From: an uncultured Actinomycetes bacterium
GTDB lineage: Bacteria > Actinomycetota > Thermoleophilia > UBA2241
Assembly: GCA_963767005.1 (NCBI GenBank)
Contig: CAVYCN010000002.1
Span: forward strand, 32,001-96,000
Reading direction: 5' to 3'
Length of the DNA: 64,000 nt
In this document: positions 1 through 10,279 of the stretch, in pieces
Position numbering within the stretch: the first letter of the stretch is position 1
Layout: each line of letters opens with the position of its first letter
Position numbers and translations under genes: made by a program
The notes under the pieces: model-generated
Seen by the model: only the letters and a program-made list of their open reading frames with translations
What the model was told of the DNA's origin: nothing
Database searches by the model: none

Positions 1-1867
1 CCACGAAGGCCTCGTCGAAGCTGGCCGGTACAACCCTCAGATGGGCCGCGACGCGGCGCGCGTCGAGGGCCGCGGCCACGCGCTCCGCGTCGCCGCCCGC
101 CACGCGAACGCGCCGGCCGGACAAGGCGGTCGGCAGGCCGGCGTCGTCGAGCGCGCGGAAGGCGTCGTCCCAGCGTTCGGCTTCGACCTCGACGGTGGTG
201 GCGTCGCCGACGATGTCGGCGATCGTGCCGGCGGCGACCACGCGGCCGGCCGCCATGAGGACGAGACGGTCGCACTGCTCGGCCTCGTCCATGGCGTGCG
301 TCGTGACGAGCACGCCGGCGCCGCCCGCGGCGGCACCCTGGATCGTCTCCCATAGGCGCGCCCGGGCGAGGGCCGCGACGCCCGACGTGGGTTCGTCGAG
401 CACGAGCAGCTCGGGCCGGTGGGCGAGCGCGGCGGCGAAGGCGAGGCGGCGGCGCAGGCCGAGCGGCAGGTCGCGCACCAGCGCACCGCCGCGCGCGGCG
501 AGCTCGGCATCGGGTGCGGCGGCGCACTCGTGCGCGGGCGCCGCCGGGTCGGCGAAGGCGCGGCGCGAGAAGGCCAGGTTCTCGTCGACCGTGAGGTCGT
601 CCCACACGCCCAGGCTCTGGGGGACGTAGCCCAGGCGCAGGCGGCCGGCGCGCGAGGGCGGCGCACCGAACAGATCGACCGCGCCCGCGCTGGGCCGCAG
701 CAGGCCGAGCAGGAGGCGGATCAGCGTCGTCTTGCCGGCGCCGTTGGCGCCGAGCAGGCCGACGGTCTCGCCGGGCCGCACGGTCAGGTCGACGCCGTCG
801 ACGGCGACGAAGTCACCGAACCGGCGCGTGACGCCGCGCGTGGCCGCGAGGGCCGTTTCGTCGCCGCGCGTCGGCAGAGGTGACGTCGGGGCGTGCGGCG
901 CTGCAGCGGCGGTCGCGGCCGCCCCCTCGTTGGACGGTGAGCCGGCGCCGCCGCGCGCCAGAGCGGCGACGATGACGGCGTCGGTCAAGTCGGCGGTGAC
1001 AGGGAGGGCGCCGGCCGGGGCGGCCGGCGCAGTCGCGGCGCGGTCGGGCGCGGCGGGGGGCAGCCAGAGGTGCAGGTGGCGGCCGCGGGGCCAGGCGGCC
1101 CAGCCGCCTGGCCCCGCGGCTGCCACCGTCTCGACGACGCGCCCCGGCAGTCGCGCGACGATCTCGTCGGGCGTGCCCGCGGCGAGCACGCGACCGTCGT
1201 CGAGCACGAGGACGGTCGCGGCTCGTTCGGCCTCGTCGAGGTAGGTGGTCGCCATGACGACGGCGGTGCCCGCGGCTGCGGCGCCGGCGATCAGCCGCCA
1301 GATGTCGGCGCGGCTCACGGGATCGACGCCGGTCGTGGGCTCGTCGAGCACCAGCAGCGCGGGATCGTGCACCGCGGCGAGGACGAAGGCGAGCTTCTGG
1401 CGCATGCCGCCCGACAGGTGCCCGGCGAGGCGGTCGCGGGCTGCGTCGAGACCGGCGCGGGCGAGCAGCGGCGCGGCCCGCGTCTCGAGCTGCGCGCCGA
1501 GCAGGCCGTAGGCGCCGGCGACGAAGTCGAGGTTCTCGGTCACGGTCAAGTCGTCGTAGGCCCCGGCGCCGGCCGACACGAAGCCGACGTCGCCGGCCGG
1601 CGGCCGCATGACGCGGCCGGCGGCGGGGGCGTGGAGACCGGCGAGCGTGCGCAGCAGGGTCGACTTGCCCGCGCCGTCGCCGCCGACCACGGCCGTCACC
1701 GCGCCGGCCGGAGCGTGCAGCGAGACGCCGGCGAGCGCGACACGGTGGCCGAACCGCACCTCGACGTGGCGCAGCCCCCAGGCGGGGTCTCCGGCGGTAG
1801 CCGGAGCCTCGGCTTGGGGCGCCGCCGGGCCGGCCCCGACCGTATCGATGGTCGGTCCGCCGCTCAC
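1..1867 (-). CDS. ABC transporter ATP-binding protein with two tandem ATPase domains (YbhF-like); C-terminus runs off the left edge
   Basis: GTG at 1867 overlaps the TGA of the permease. Two Walker A motifs (GGDGAGKST, GANGAGKTT), LSGGMRQK signature, two LDEPT Walker B motifs. Frame stays open to position 2. Confidence 0.9.
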   Translation of the reverse strand, partial: MSGGPTIDTVGAGPAAPQAEAPATAGDPAWGLRHVEVRFGHRVALAGVSLHAPAGAVTAVVGGDGAGKSTLLRTLAGLHAPAAGRVMRPPAGDVGFVSAGAGAYDDLTVTENLDFVAGAYGLLGAQLETRAAPLLARAGLDAARDRLAGHLSGGMRQKLAFVLAAVHDPALLVLDEPTTGVDPVSRADIWRLIAGAAAAGTAVVMATTYLDEAERAATVLVLDDGRVLAAGTPDEIVARLPGRVVETVAAAGPGGWAAWPRGRHLHLWLPPAAPDRAATAPAAPAGALPVTADLTDAVIVAALARGGAGSPSNEGAAATAAAAPHAPTSPLPTRGDETALAATRGVTRRFGDFVAVDGVDLTVRPGETVGLLGANGAGKTTLIRLLLGLLRPSAGAVDLFGAPPSRAGRLRLGYVPQSLGVWDDLTVDENLAFSRRAFADPAAPAHECAAAPDAELAARGGALVRDLPLGLRRRLAFAAALAHRPELLVLDEPTSGVAALARARLWETIQGAAAGGAGVLVTTHAMDEAEQCDRLVLMAAGRVVAAGTIADIVGDATTVEVEAERWDDAFRALDDAGLPTALSGRRVRVAGGDAERVAAALDARRVAAHLRVVPASFDEAFV

Positions 1868-3123
1868 GTCGTCGCGACCCCGCCGCCGGCCGCGGCCGGA
1901 CCGGCGCCGGCCGGCGGCGCGGGCGGCGCGCCCGGCACGTCGCTGCCGAAGGCCGCGGCGCTCGCCGCCCGCCCGGCCGGTGCCAGGTCGCGCCGGAAGC
2001 GCAGCACCGAGAGGCCGAAGATAGCCAGGCCGAGCACGGCCAGCATGAGCAGCGGGAACCAGAGCGCGCTCGCCGGTTCGCCGCGCACCATGACGCCGCG
2101 GGCGATCTTCACGAAGTAGGTGAGCGGCAGCACGTAGGGGATCCAGCGCACGCCGGCGGCCATCGCGTAGATGGGAAAGAAGAGGCCCGACAGCAGGATC
2201 TGCGGCAGGAGCGTCATCATGGCGAGCTGGATCGCCTGCCCCTGCGTCTGCGAGATGGTCGAGATCAGCACGCCGACCCCGAGGGTGACGAACAGGAAGA
2301 GCGCCGCGCCCAGCGCGAAGGTGAGCACCGAGCCGCGGAACGGCACGCCGAACAGCGCCATGCCGACGAGCACGATCACGACCATGTCGATGGCCGCGAT
2401 CACGAGGTAGGGCGCGATCTTGCCGACGAACACCTGCCAGGCCTTGAAGGGCATCACGGCGAGCTGCTCGAGGGTGCCGGCCTGGCGCTCGCGGACCACG
2501 CCGAGGGCGGTCGCGACGGTGCCGACGAAGACGAGGATGATGCCGCAGAGGCCCGGGATCATGATGACCGACGTCTTGAGCTCGGGGTTGAAGAGCACCT
2601 GGGGTGTCGGGAGCGTCACACCGCCGGCCGTCGTGCCGCTCACCGGCGTGCCGGCGGCCGTGCCTCCCACGACGCCGACGATGCCCGTGCTCCCCGACTC
2701 CGTGCCGCCGATCTTCGTGGCCTGGCCGCTCAGTGCGGCGGCGCTCGAAGCCTTCAGCTCGGTGAAGGCCGACACGGCGGCGCGCGCCGCGAACAGCTCG
2801 GTGCCGTCGATCAGGATGGCCGCTCGCCCGGTGGCGGATGCGGGCGTGACGATGGCGACGGTCGCGGTGCCGTCGCGCAGCGCCGCGCGCGCCTGCGCGA
2901 GGCCATCGCCCGGGCGCACCGCCAGCACGTCGAGCTGGCCCGGCAGGTGGGCGGCGACCGGCACGGCCAGCGGTCCGACGACGACGGTCGGCACGTTCTT
3001 CACGTCGAAACTCGCCGCGTAGCCGAACACGACGAGGAACAGGACGGGCAGCATGAACAGCAGGGCGACGGTGCGGCGGTCGCGGCGTAGCTGGCGGAAC
3101 TCCTTGACGACGATCGCCCACAC
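1864..3123 (-). CDS. ABC-2 type exporter permease
   Basis: KEFRQLRRDRRT N-terminus, VRERQAGTLEQL motif, several TM helices. GTG at 3123 with GGAGG RBS. Confidence 0.9.
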   Translation of the reverse strand: MWAIVVKEFRQLRRDRRTVALLFMLPVLFLVVFGYAASFDVKNVPTVVVGPLAVPVAAHLPGQLDVLAVRPGDGLAQARAALRDGTATVAIVTPASATGRAAILIDGTELFAARAAVSAFTELKASSAAALSGQATKIGGTESGSTGIVGVVGGTAAGTPVSGTTAGGVTLPTPQVLFNPELKTSVIMIPGLCGIILVFVGTVATALGVVRERQAGTLEQLAVMPFKAWQVFVGKIAPYLVIAAIDMVVIVLVGMALFGVPFRGSVLTFALGAALFLFVTLGVGVLISTISQTQGQAIQLAMMTLLPQILLSGLFFPIYAMAAGVRWIPYVLPLTYFVKIARGVMVRGEPASALWFPLLMLAVLGLAIFGLSVLRFRRDLAPAGRAASAAAFGSDVPGAPPAPPAGAGPAAAGGGVATT

Positions 3124-3185
3124 GGCCGGCCTCCAATTCCGCCGTCCTGACCGCCGCCGCGGCCGCACCCGGGCCCGGTGGCGAA

Positions 3186-3231
3186 GAACTCAACAGTTGG
3201 TGAATTCTACGCATGTTGAATTCTCTGTCAA
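3186..3231 (-). promoter_or_regulatory. Sigma-A promoter of the ABC exporter overlapped by two tandem palindromic operators
   Basis: Minus-strand TTGACA (3231-3226)-N16-TAGAAT (3209-3204). Two 22-bp near-palindromes of form GAATTCAAC-N4-GTTGAATTC at 3186-3207 and 3202-3223. Confidence 0.7.
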
Positions 3232-3434
3232 CCGTTCGCCACGGGGCTCCGACGCGCCCGCTGGGGGCCGCGGCGGCGGTGCCGCGGGACATCAAGTTCT
3301 GGCCCGCGCTTGTCGACTACCTACATAGGCGCGCGCGGGTGTGTGGGCAGACTGCTCCAGCCGGATGGACGCTGCGGATCGCGGGGCGATCGGCCGGCAC
3401 TCGCGCGCGAAACGATCGACGCAGGGATGCCTTC

Positions 3435-6400
3435 ATGGCAGGGAGCAGGCACGACGAGGAGACCGCCGAGCGGTTCCTCGTCGACGTCGAGCAGGACAAG
3501 CTGCGGGCGCAGGCCCTGCTGGCGCTCGTCGATGCCGCCCCCGGGGCCGTCGACGAGCTCGGCGCCGATCGCGCCCTGCCGCACATCTGCGCCCGCCTGC
3601 TGCGCGCCATGGACTGCACGACGGCGGTGCTCTCGCTCGTCGACTTCGGGCACGACACGCTCGAGTCGGTCGCCGGCTTCGACGTGAGCGGGGTCCGCAC
3701 CGCGGTGCGCGGCTCGCGCCCGCTGGCCGACGAACCCCTCGCGGCGCGCGTCATCGCCAATCGCGAGCCGCTCTTCGCCACACCCGACCCCGGCGCCGAG
3801 CAGCACCTGCGCAAGGCGCCGGCGGCACCCCTCGAGGGCGGCTGGCTCGCGCTGCCGCTCGTCGTGCACGGCGAGAGCGTCGGCATGATCGAGCTGCTCG
3901 CGGGGCGGCGTGAGCGGCGCTACACGACGGCTGAGCTCGTGCTGGCCCAGGGCGTCTGTGTGACGATCGCCCAGGCCGTGATCGACTCGCAGCTCTTCGC
4001 CGGCTTCCGGCGCGCGCCGGCCGACGCGGCCGTAGCCGGTGGCGTCGTTGCCGGCGAGGCCGGTCCGCGCGCCGCCGAGCGCACGCTGGCCGACATCGCC
4101 CGGCGCCTGGCCGAGGGTCTCGAGGTCGAGCACTGCGACGTGCTGATCCGTCAAGAGACGTCGGGGGCCGTCAAGGCCGTCGCGCGCTACCGGACCGGCG
4201 ACGGCGACCGGGACAGGAGCCTCGGCGACGACCAGATCTACGGTCTCGGCGACGTGGGCGCCCGTGCCCGCGCCGCCGCCGAGCGCCGCATCGCGACGGC
4301 CCACGACGACGACCTCGAGCTGCCGGCCGACGAGCGCGCCGAGATGATCGCCCGCGGTCAGCGCGCCGTCCTGTACGTGCCCATCGTCGCCGACGACGAG
4401 GTCGTCGGCTTTCTCTGCGCGATCGAGCGGCGTCACTCGCGGCGCTTCACCAAGGCCGACGAGACCTTCGCCGCGCGCCTGGCCGACGAGGCCGGCGTCG
4501 CGGTGCAGAGCGCCCGCATCATCGACAGCCTCGACTCGCAGAACCGCGAGCAGCGCCTGCTGCTCGAGACCGGGGCGGCGATCGCGTCGGCCGGCGACCT
4601 GCGGGCGACCCTGTCGACGATCACCGAGCGCCTCGTGCAGACCCTCGGCGTGGCCTGGTCGAACGTCTACGACTATCACGCCGACACGCAGGAGCTCGAG
4701 GTCATCGCCTACTACCAGGTGCCGAACCTGCCGGTCGACCCCGACTGGATCGGGCGGCGCTTCACGAGCAAGACGTGGCCCGACGGCCTCGCCGCCGTCG
4801 CCGCCAAGCGGCTGCAGACCCACTACTACGACTACTCGCGCCTGTCGTTCGAGGACTTCCAGTCGATGGTGGCCTGGGGCGAGAAGGCGACGCTGTCGGT
4901 CCCGCTGATCTACGGCGACGAGGTCTTCGGCGTGCTCGATGTGGCCGAGTCGCGCTACCCGCGACGCTTCACGGCCGACGAGGTCCGCCTCGCCGAGGCG
5001 ATCGGCGCGCAGGCCGCCGTGGCCCTGCACAACGCCCGCGCGATCGACGAGGCCGAGCGGCGCAACGCCGACCTGGCGACCCTGCTCGGAGTGGCCGCCA
5101 CGCTGAGCGCGGCCGACCGTGGGAGTGTGCCGTCGGCCGTCGCGCGCCACCTGCGCGAGGCCCTGGGCACGGCGACCGCCGAGGTCTACCAGTACGACGC
5201 GGCGCGGCGCGCCCTCGATCTGGTCGCCGCCGACGCCGCCGACGCGGCCGCGTCGCTCCTGCCCGAGACGTGGTCGGACCGCTACCGGCTGGCCGACGAC
5301 CCCTTGCTCGGGCGCTGCATCGACGAACGTCGAGTGACGGCCGTACAGGCCGACGACCCCGGGTTGCCCGGGCCGACCGTGGCCGGTCTCGAGCGCCGCT
5401 GCGACGCCGGCGAGCTCTGGGTGCCGATGGTCTACCAGGACGAGGTCCTCGGCCTACTCACGGCCACCGAGACGTCGGCCGGCCGGTGCTTCACAAGCGA
5501 CGAGCTGGAGCTCGCCGGGGGCATCGCCGCTCAGGGCGCGGCCGCGTTGCAGAACGTGCGCGCCTACGAACGCCTCGAACGCGAGCGCGCCGCCCTCGCC
5601 ATCCTCAACCAGCGGCTGTCGGCCTTCGTCGAGCTGTCGGGCCAGATGCGCGGCCTGCTGTCTGAGGAGCGGCTGCTCGACCTGCTCGGCCGCGTGCTGC
5701 ACGAGACCCTCGGCTTCAATCAGTGGGTGATCTACCTGCACGAGCCCGACCAGGAGCGCTTCGTCGTGGCCAAGTCGTTCGGCGGCACGCCCGAGATCGA
5801 CGAGCACTACCAGCAGACGCCGATCCCGGCACGGGTGATCGCGGGTCTGCTCGACGGGGCGCGGACCATCTCGCAGTCGCACTTCGTCGACCACCTCCTC
5901 CACACCTGGACGGCCGAGGAGAACTACTACCTGCCCGGCGAGGAGCTCGTCGGGGAGCGGCCCGAGGGCGAGTGGAACCAGTTCGACTCGCTCTTCGTGC
6001 CGATGCTCGGCCAGAAGGGCCAGGTGATCGGCTACATCGAGGCGTACGACCCGATCGACCGCCAGCGTCCGACCGACGAGGTCGTGCGCCTGATCGAGGT
6101 GTTCGCCAGCAAGGCGGCCAGCAACATCGAGCTGCAGCGGGCCTACGGCGAGCTCGAGCAGCAGTCGCGCACCGACGGTCTCACCGCCCTCTACAACCAC
6201 CGCTACTTCCAGGAGCGCCTGGCGTCGGAGATCGCCCGCGCGCAGCGCTTCGAGAAGCCGCTCGCCCTGCTCATGATCGACGTCGACAACTTCAAGGAGT
6301 TCAACGACGCCTTCGGCCACCCCCAGGGCGACCGTCTGCTCAAGTCGCTCGCCGACCTGCTCCTCGCCCAGACCCGGGCCCAGGTCGACGTGGTGGCGCG

Positions 6401-6716
6401 CTACGGCGGCGAGGAGTTCGTCGTGCTGCTGCTCGAGACAGCCCCCGGCGACGCCGCCGCGGCGGCCGAACGCCTGCAGGACCTGGTCGAGGGGCGCCGG
6501 CCGGCGGTGGCCGTCGCCGAGGCGATCCGCGAGGCGACCCAGGCGCAGATGTTCGACACCGCCGGCGGCAAGGCGGCCGGCGTCACGGTCAGCGTCGGCG
6601 TCGCCACGTTCCCCGATCACGCATCGACCGCCGACCAACTCGTCGCCAACGCCGACAAGGCGCTCTACCTGGCCAAGCGCCTGGGCAAGAACCGCACCTG
6701 CGTGTATCGTCAGTAG
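3435..6716 (+). CDS. Multi-GAF diguanylate cyclase
   Basis: About five GAF-like repeats (LxVPL...GEVxGxL...RRFTxDE), then TDGLTALYN, DVDNFKEFND..GH..GD and GGEEF. Confidence 0.9.
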   Translation: MAGSRHDEETAERFLVDVEQDKLRAQALLALVDAAPGAVDELGADRALPHICARLLRAMDCTTAVLSLVDFGHDTLESVAGFDVSGVRTAVRGSRPLADEPLAARVIANREPLFATPDPGAEQHLRKAPAAPLEGGWLALPLVVHGESVGMIELLAGRRERRYTTAELVLAQGVCVTIAQAVIDSQLFAGFRRAPADAAVAGGVVAGEAGPRAAERTLADIARRLAEGLEVEHCDVLIRQETSGAVKAVARYRTGDGDRDRSLGDDQIYGLGDVGARARAAAERRIATAHDDDLELPADERAEMIARGQRAVLYVPIVADDEVVGFLCAIERRHSRRFTKADETFAARLADEAGVAVQSARIIDSLDSQNREQRLLLETGAAIASAGDLRATLSTITERLVQTLGVAWSNVYDYHADTQELEVIAYYQVPNLPVDPDWIGRRFTSKTWPDGLAAVAAKRLQTHYYDYSRLSFEDFQSMVAWGEKATLSVPLIYGDEVFGVLDVAESRYPRRFTADEVRLAEAIGAQAAVALHNARAIDEAERRNADLATLLGVAATLSAADRGSVPSAVARHLREALGTATAEVYQYDAARRALDLVAADAADAAASLLPETWSDRYRLADDPLLGRCIDERRVTAVQADDPGLPGPTVAGLERRCDAGELWVPMVYQDEVLGLLTATETSAGRCFTSDELELAGGIAAQGAAALQNVRAYERLERERAALAILNQRLSAFVELSGQMRGLLSEERLLDLLGRVLHETLGFNQWVIYLHEPDQERFVVAKSFGGTPEIDEHYQQTPIPARVIAGLLDGARTISQSHFVDHLLHTWTAEENYYLPGEELVGERPEGEWNQFDSLFVPMLGQKGQVIGYIEAYDPIDRQRPTDEVVRLIEVFASKAASNIELQRAYGELEQQSRTDGLTALYNHRYFQERLASEIARAQRFEKPLALLMIDVDNFKEFNDAFGHPQGDRLLKSLADLLLAQTRAQVDVVARYGGEEFVVLLLETAPGDAAAAAERLQDLVEGRRPAVAVAEAIREATQAQMFDTAGGKAAGVTVSVGVATFPDHASTADQLVANADKALYLAKRLGKNRTCVYRQ

Positions 6717-6747
6717 CCCGCCGGCCGTGGCGACCAGAGGAGCGCAC

Positions 6748-7527
6748 GTGGAGCAGCTTGCCGTCGAGACCATCCTCGCCGAGCTTGCCGCGCAGGGTAG
6801 CGAAGCCGATCGCGCCGGCATGGCGCGCTACGGCATCCGGGTCGACGCGGCGGTCGGTGTCTCGGTGACCGTGCTGCGTCGCTTCGCCAAGCGGCTCGGG
6901 CGCGATCACGAGCTCGCCCTGGCCCTCTGGCGCTCCGGCGTGCACGAGGCCAGGCTGCTGGCCGCCTTCGTCGACGAGCCCGCCAGGGTCGACCCGGCGC
7001 AGATGGACCGCTGGGCGGCCGAGTTCGACTCGTGGGACGTCTGCGACGAGGTCACGACCGACCTGTTCGACCAGACCGCGTACGCCTGGGCCAAGGCGGC
7101 CGAGTGGGCGCGACGGCCCGAGGAGTTCGTCAAGCGGGCCGGCTTTGCCATGATGGCCGGCCTTGCCGTGCACGACAGGACCGCCGCCGACGACGCCTTC
7201 AGCGCGCTCTTCCCGCTCGTCGAGCGCGGCGCGTTCGACGAGCGCAACTTCGTGAAGAAGGCCGTGAGCTGGGCGCTGCGCAACATCGGCAAGCGCGACG
7301 CGGCGCTGCACGCGGCCGCGCTTTCGTGCGCGGAGCGCATCCGCGCCGCCGCCGACGAGCGCGCCGGCGGACCGCGCGGCGGCGACGCCGCCGCGCGCGC
7401 GGCGCGCTGGGTGGCAAACGACGTGACGCGCGAGCTGCGCTCGCCGAAGGTGCTCGCCCGGCTCGCGGGGAAGAGGGAGCGGGCGGGCAGGGGCTCGTCA
7501 GAGCCGCCGCCGCCCGCCGCCCCTTGA
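6748..7527 (+). CDS. DNA alkylation repair protein (AlkD-like HEAT repeat)
   Basis: DSWDVCD, EEFVKRAGF and DERNFVKKAVSWALRNIGK motifs. GTG with AGAGGA RBS. Confidence 0.85.
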   Translation: MEQLAVETILAELAAQGSEADRAGMARYGIRVDAAVGVSVTVLRRFAKRLGRDHELALALWRSGVHEARLLAAFVDEPARVDPAQMDRWAAEFDSWDVCDEVTTDLFDQTAYAWAKAAEWARRPEEFVKRAGFAMMAGLAVHDRTAADDAFSALFPLVERGAFDERNFVKKAVSWALRNIGKRDAALHAAALSCAERIRAAADERAGGPRGGDAAARAARWVANDVTRELRSPKVLARLAGKRERAGRGSSEPPPPAAP

Positions 7528-7621
7528 CCGCGGGCGTAAGCTGAGAGCTGCAACGGGAGCGGCCCCGGCTCGTGGCCGGCGCGCTCCGCGTCCGGCAGCC
7601 CCCACTGAGACGGACGGCCGC

Positions 7622-10276
7622 ATGTCCGACCAGACACCCGTGATGGTCCCGATCGAGCCGCGCTACCCGCGTCTGCTCGGCCTCATGCGCTGGTTCCAGC
7701 GCCACGCGGCGCTGACCGTCGCGGCGGCGGCGGCCCTGATGGCCGCCGTCTTCTTCTTCGACATGCACACCTCGTCGGGCTGGATCGCCGGCGGTTTCTA
7801 CCTCATCCCGCTGGCGTTCATCGCGCTGACGCTGCGGCGCCGCACGATCGTCGTCGCCGGGATCGTGGCGGTGGCGCTCAGCATCCTCGTGATGGCGACC
7901 CAGCACACGTTCACGAGCCCGCAACACCTGGTCTATCTGTACCTGCTGATCGCCGCGAGCGGCGGTCTCGTGCTGCTGTCCGACCTGCTCGCCCAGCTCG
8001 ACGAGGTCTCGAGCCGGGCCATGACGCGCGCCCGCCTGGCGCAGGCCGAGGCCGACGTCGTCAGCCAGTCGAGCGGGCGCCGCGAGCCGGGCGACCTCGT
8101 CGAGGGCGCGCTGCGGCGCATCGCCGCCGAGCTCGAGGCGAGCGTCGGCGTCGCCTTCTTCGTGCGCGACGGTCACTGGTGCGGCGAGGCCGCCCTGCGC
8201 CAGGGTGCGGCGCTTGCTCCGGACGCGCTGCGCTACCCGTACGACTCGCTCATGCTCCTGCGTCACGCTCTCGAGCAAGACGAGGTGCTCGCCGTGCCCG
8301 ACGTGACCGCCTGGTTCGCGGAGCGCGGGCTCACGCCGGCGCCGTACGTGCGGACCCTCGAGCTCGCGAACGTGTTGATCGTGCCGCTGCGGGCGCTCGG
8401 TGTCGCCCTCGGCGCGATGGTCTTCAGCCGGCCGCCGGACACGCCGCCCTACACCGGGGAGCTGGTGCGCTTCGCCGGCAGCGTCGGCGGCCACGTGGCC
8501 GTCGCCGTCGAGAACGCCCGCCTCGTGGCCGAGCTCGACGCCAAGCAGCGCGGCCTGTCGCTCGTCGTCGAGTCGAGCCTCGACTTCGCCGCGAGCCTCG
8601 AGCCCCGCAAGGTGATCGAGTCCGTCGTCGAACGGCTGGTCGCCCTGCTCGAGGTGAGCGCCTGCGACATCCACGTGCTCGAGGCCGAGCGCGGCGCCGT
8701 GCGCACGGTGGTGAGCTACGAGCACGGCCACTTCGAGTTCGGCGACGTGATCGGCCGGCTGTGGTCGCTCGCCGAGTACCCCGTGACCGGGCGGGTCGTC
8801 GCCGAGGGACGCCCGGTGGTGGTGCTGTCGCCCGACGATCCCGGGCTCTCGGACAGCGAGCGCCGGCTGCTGGCGCGCAACGGCAAGGTCAGCCAGCTCG
8901 ACGTGCCCCTGAAGGCGCGCGACCGCGTGGTCGGCGTGGTCGAGCTGTTCGACGACAAGCCGCACGACTACTCGCCCGAAGAGATCGAGCTCGTCGAGGC
9001 CATCTGCCAGTTCGCCGCCCTGGCCCTCGACAACGCCCACCTCTACGACTCCCAGCGCGAGATCGCCGGCCGCCTCGAGCGCCTCGCGACCCAGCTGCAG
9101 ACCTTGCAGGCCGTCTCGCTCAGGCTGGCCCGCCTGCGCGACGAGCCCGCCGTGATGCGCGAGGTGCTCGAGTCGGGGGCCGACCTGCTCGCAGCCGACG
9201 TCGCCGCCTACGCGGTGCGCGACGGTGATGTGGTGGCGGTCAGGGCCTTCCACGACCGCGACGGCTTCTCGGCGCCCGACGCGGCCGCCGCCGAGAAGCT
9301 CGTCGCCGTGCTGCGCGAGGTCACGCCCGACCTCGGCGGGCTCGAGATCGGCGACGGCGTGGCCCAGCAGGCGATGGCCGATCGCGCCTTCGTGCGGGGG
9401 CGGGCGTTGATCGTGCCGGTCAGGCGACAGCGGTCCGACGCCCTCGCCGCGCTCGTCTTCGAGCGCTCCCGGGCGGACTCGTTCAGCGACGACGACGGTC
9501 GCCTCGCGACGACCATGGCGGCCCAGCTCGCGCTCACCCTGCGCAACGTGCGCGCCTTCCAGCGCGAGCACGAGATCGCCGAGACGTTCCAGCAGGCGTT
9601 GCTCGTGCAGCCGCCGCTGCTGGCCGGGGCCGAGATCGGCGTGCGCTACCAGGCGGCGACGCGCGCGGCCCGCGTCGGCGGCGACTTCTACGACATCCTG
9701 CAGCTCGCCCCCGGCCGCGTGCTGATCGCCGTGGGCGACGTCTGCGGCCGCGGGCTGCAGGCCGCGGTCGAGACCGCCCTGCTGCGCTACACGCTGCGCG
9801 CCTACGCTCAGGAGAGCTCCCCGGGCGAGGCCCTGTCGCGGCTGAACGCGGCGCTCATCGCCCAAGACCCTGAGATGCCCTTCGCCACCATCGTCCTGGC
9901 CCTGCTCGACGTGCGCCGTCGCACGCTCGACTACGCCGTCGCCGGCCACCCGCGGCCGCTCGTGCTGGTCGGCCGCCGCCGGCTCCCCATCCCCCAGACC
10001 GGGGGGTTCCCCGTCTGCATGTTCGAGGGCGAGGCCTACCCGACCAACCGCTGCGTGCTGCCCGAGGACGCGACCCTCGTCTTCTACACCGATGGGTTGA
10101 CCGAGGCCCGCCGCGCCGGCCGCATGCTCGGCGAACGGGGTCTGCGCGAGACGATACGGCGTCACCTGGGCGAGCCGGCTCAGCAGCTCGCCGAGTCGCT
10201 CCTGGGCAGGGCGGCGCGCTTTGCCGGGGGCAGCGCCGACGACGACATGGCGGTCGTGGTCGTCAAGCTGCCCTGA
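7622..10276 (+). CDS. Membrane-anchored GAF-domain SpoIIE/RsbU-family PP2C phosphatase
   Basis: N-terminal TM helices, GAF domains, VGGDFYD, GDVCGRG, YTDGL and DDMAVV motifs. Confidence 0.9.
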   Translation: MSDQTPVMVPIEPRYPRLLGLMRWFQRHAALTVAAAAALMAAVFFFDMHTSSGWIAGGFYLIPLAFIALTLRRRTIVVAGIVAVALSILVMATQHTFTSPQHLVYLYLLIAASGGLVLLSDLLAQLDEVSSRAMTRARLAQAEADVVSQSSGRREPGDLVEGALRRIAAELEASVGVAFFVRDGHWCGEAALRQGAALAPDALRYPYDSLMLLRHALEQDEVLAVPDVTAWFAERGLTPAPYVRTLELANVLIVPLRALGVALGAMVFSRPPDTPPYTGELVRFAGSVGGHVAVAVENARLVAELDAKQRGLSLVVESSLDFAASLEPRKVIESVVERLVALLEVSACDIHVLEAERGAVRTVVSYEHGHFEFGDVIGRLWSLAEYPVTGRVVAEGRPVVVLSPDDPGLSDSERRLLARNGKVSQLDVPLKARDRVVGVVELFDDKPHDYSPEEIELVEAICQFAALALDNAHLYDSQREIAGRLERLATQLQTLQAVSLRLARLRDEPAVMREVLESGADLLAADVAAYAVRDGDVVAVRAFHDRDGFSAPDAAAAEKLVAVLREVTPDLGGLEIGDGVAQQAMADRAFVRGRALIVPVRRQRSDALAALVFERSRADSFSDDDGRLATTMAAQLALTLRNVRAFQREHEIAETFQQALLVQPPLLAGAEIGVRYQAATRAARVGGDFYDILQLAPGRVLIAVGDVCGRGLQAAVETALLRYTLRAYAQESSPGEALSRLNAALIAQDPEMPFATIVLALLDVRRRTLDYAVAGHPRPLVLVGRRRLPIPQTGGFPVCMFEGEAYPTNRCVLPEDATLVFYTDGLTEARRAGRMLGERGLRETIRRHLGEPAQQLAESLLGRAARFAGGSADDDMAVVVVKLP

Positions 10277-10279
10277 GGC

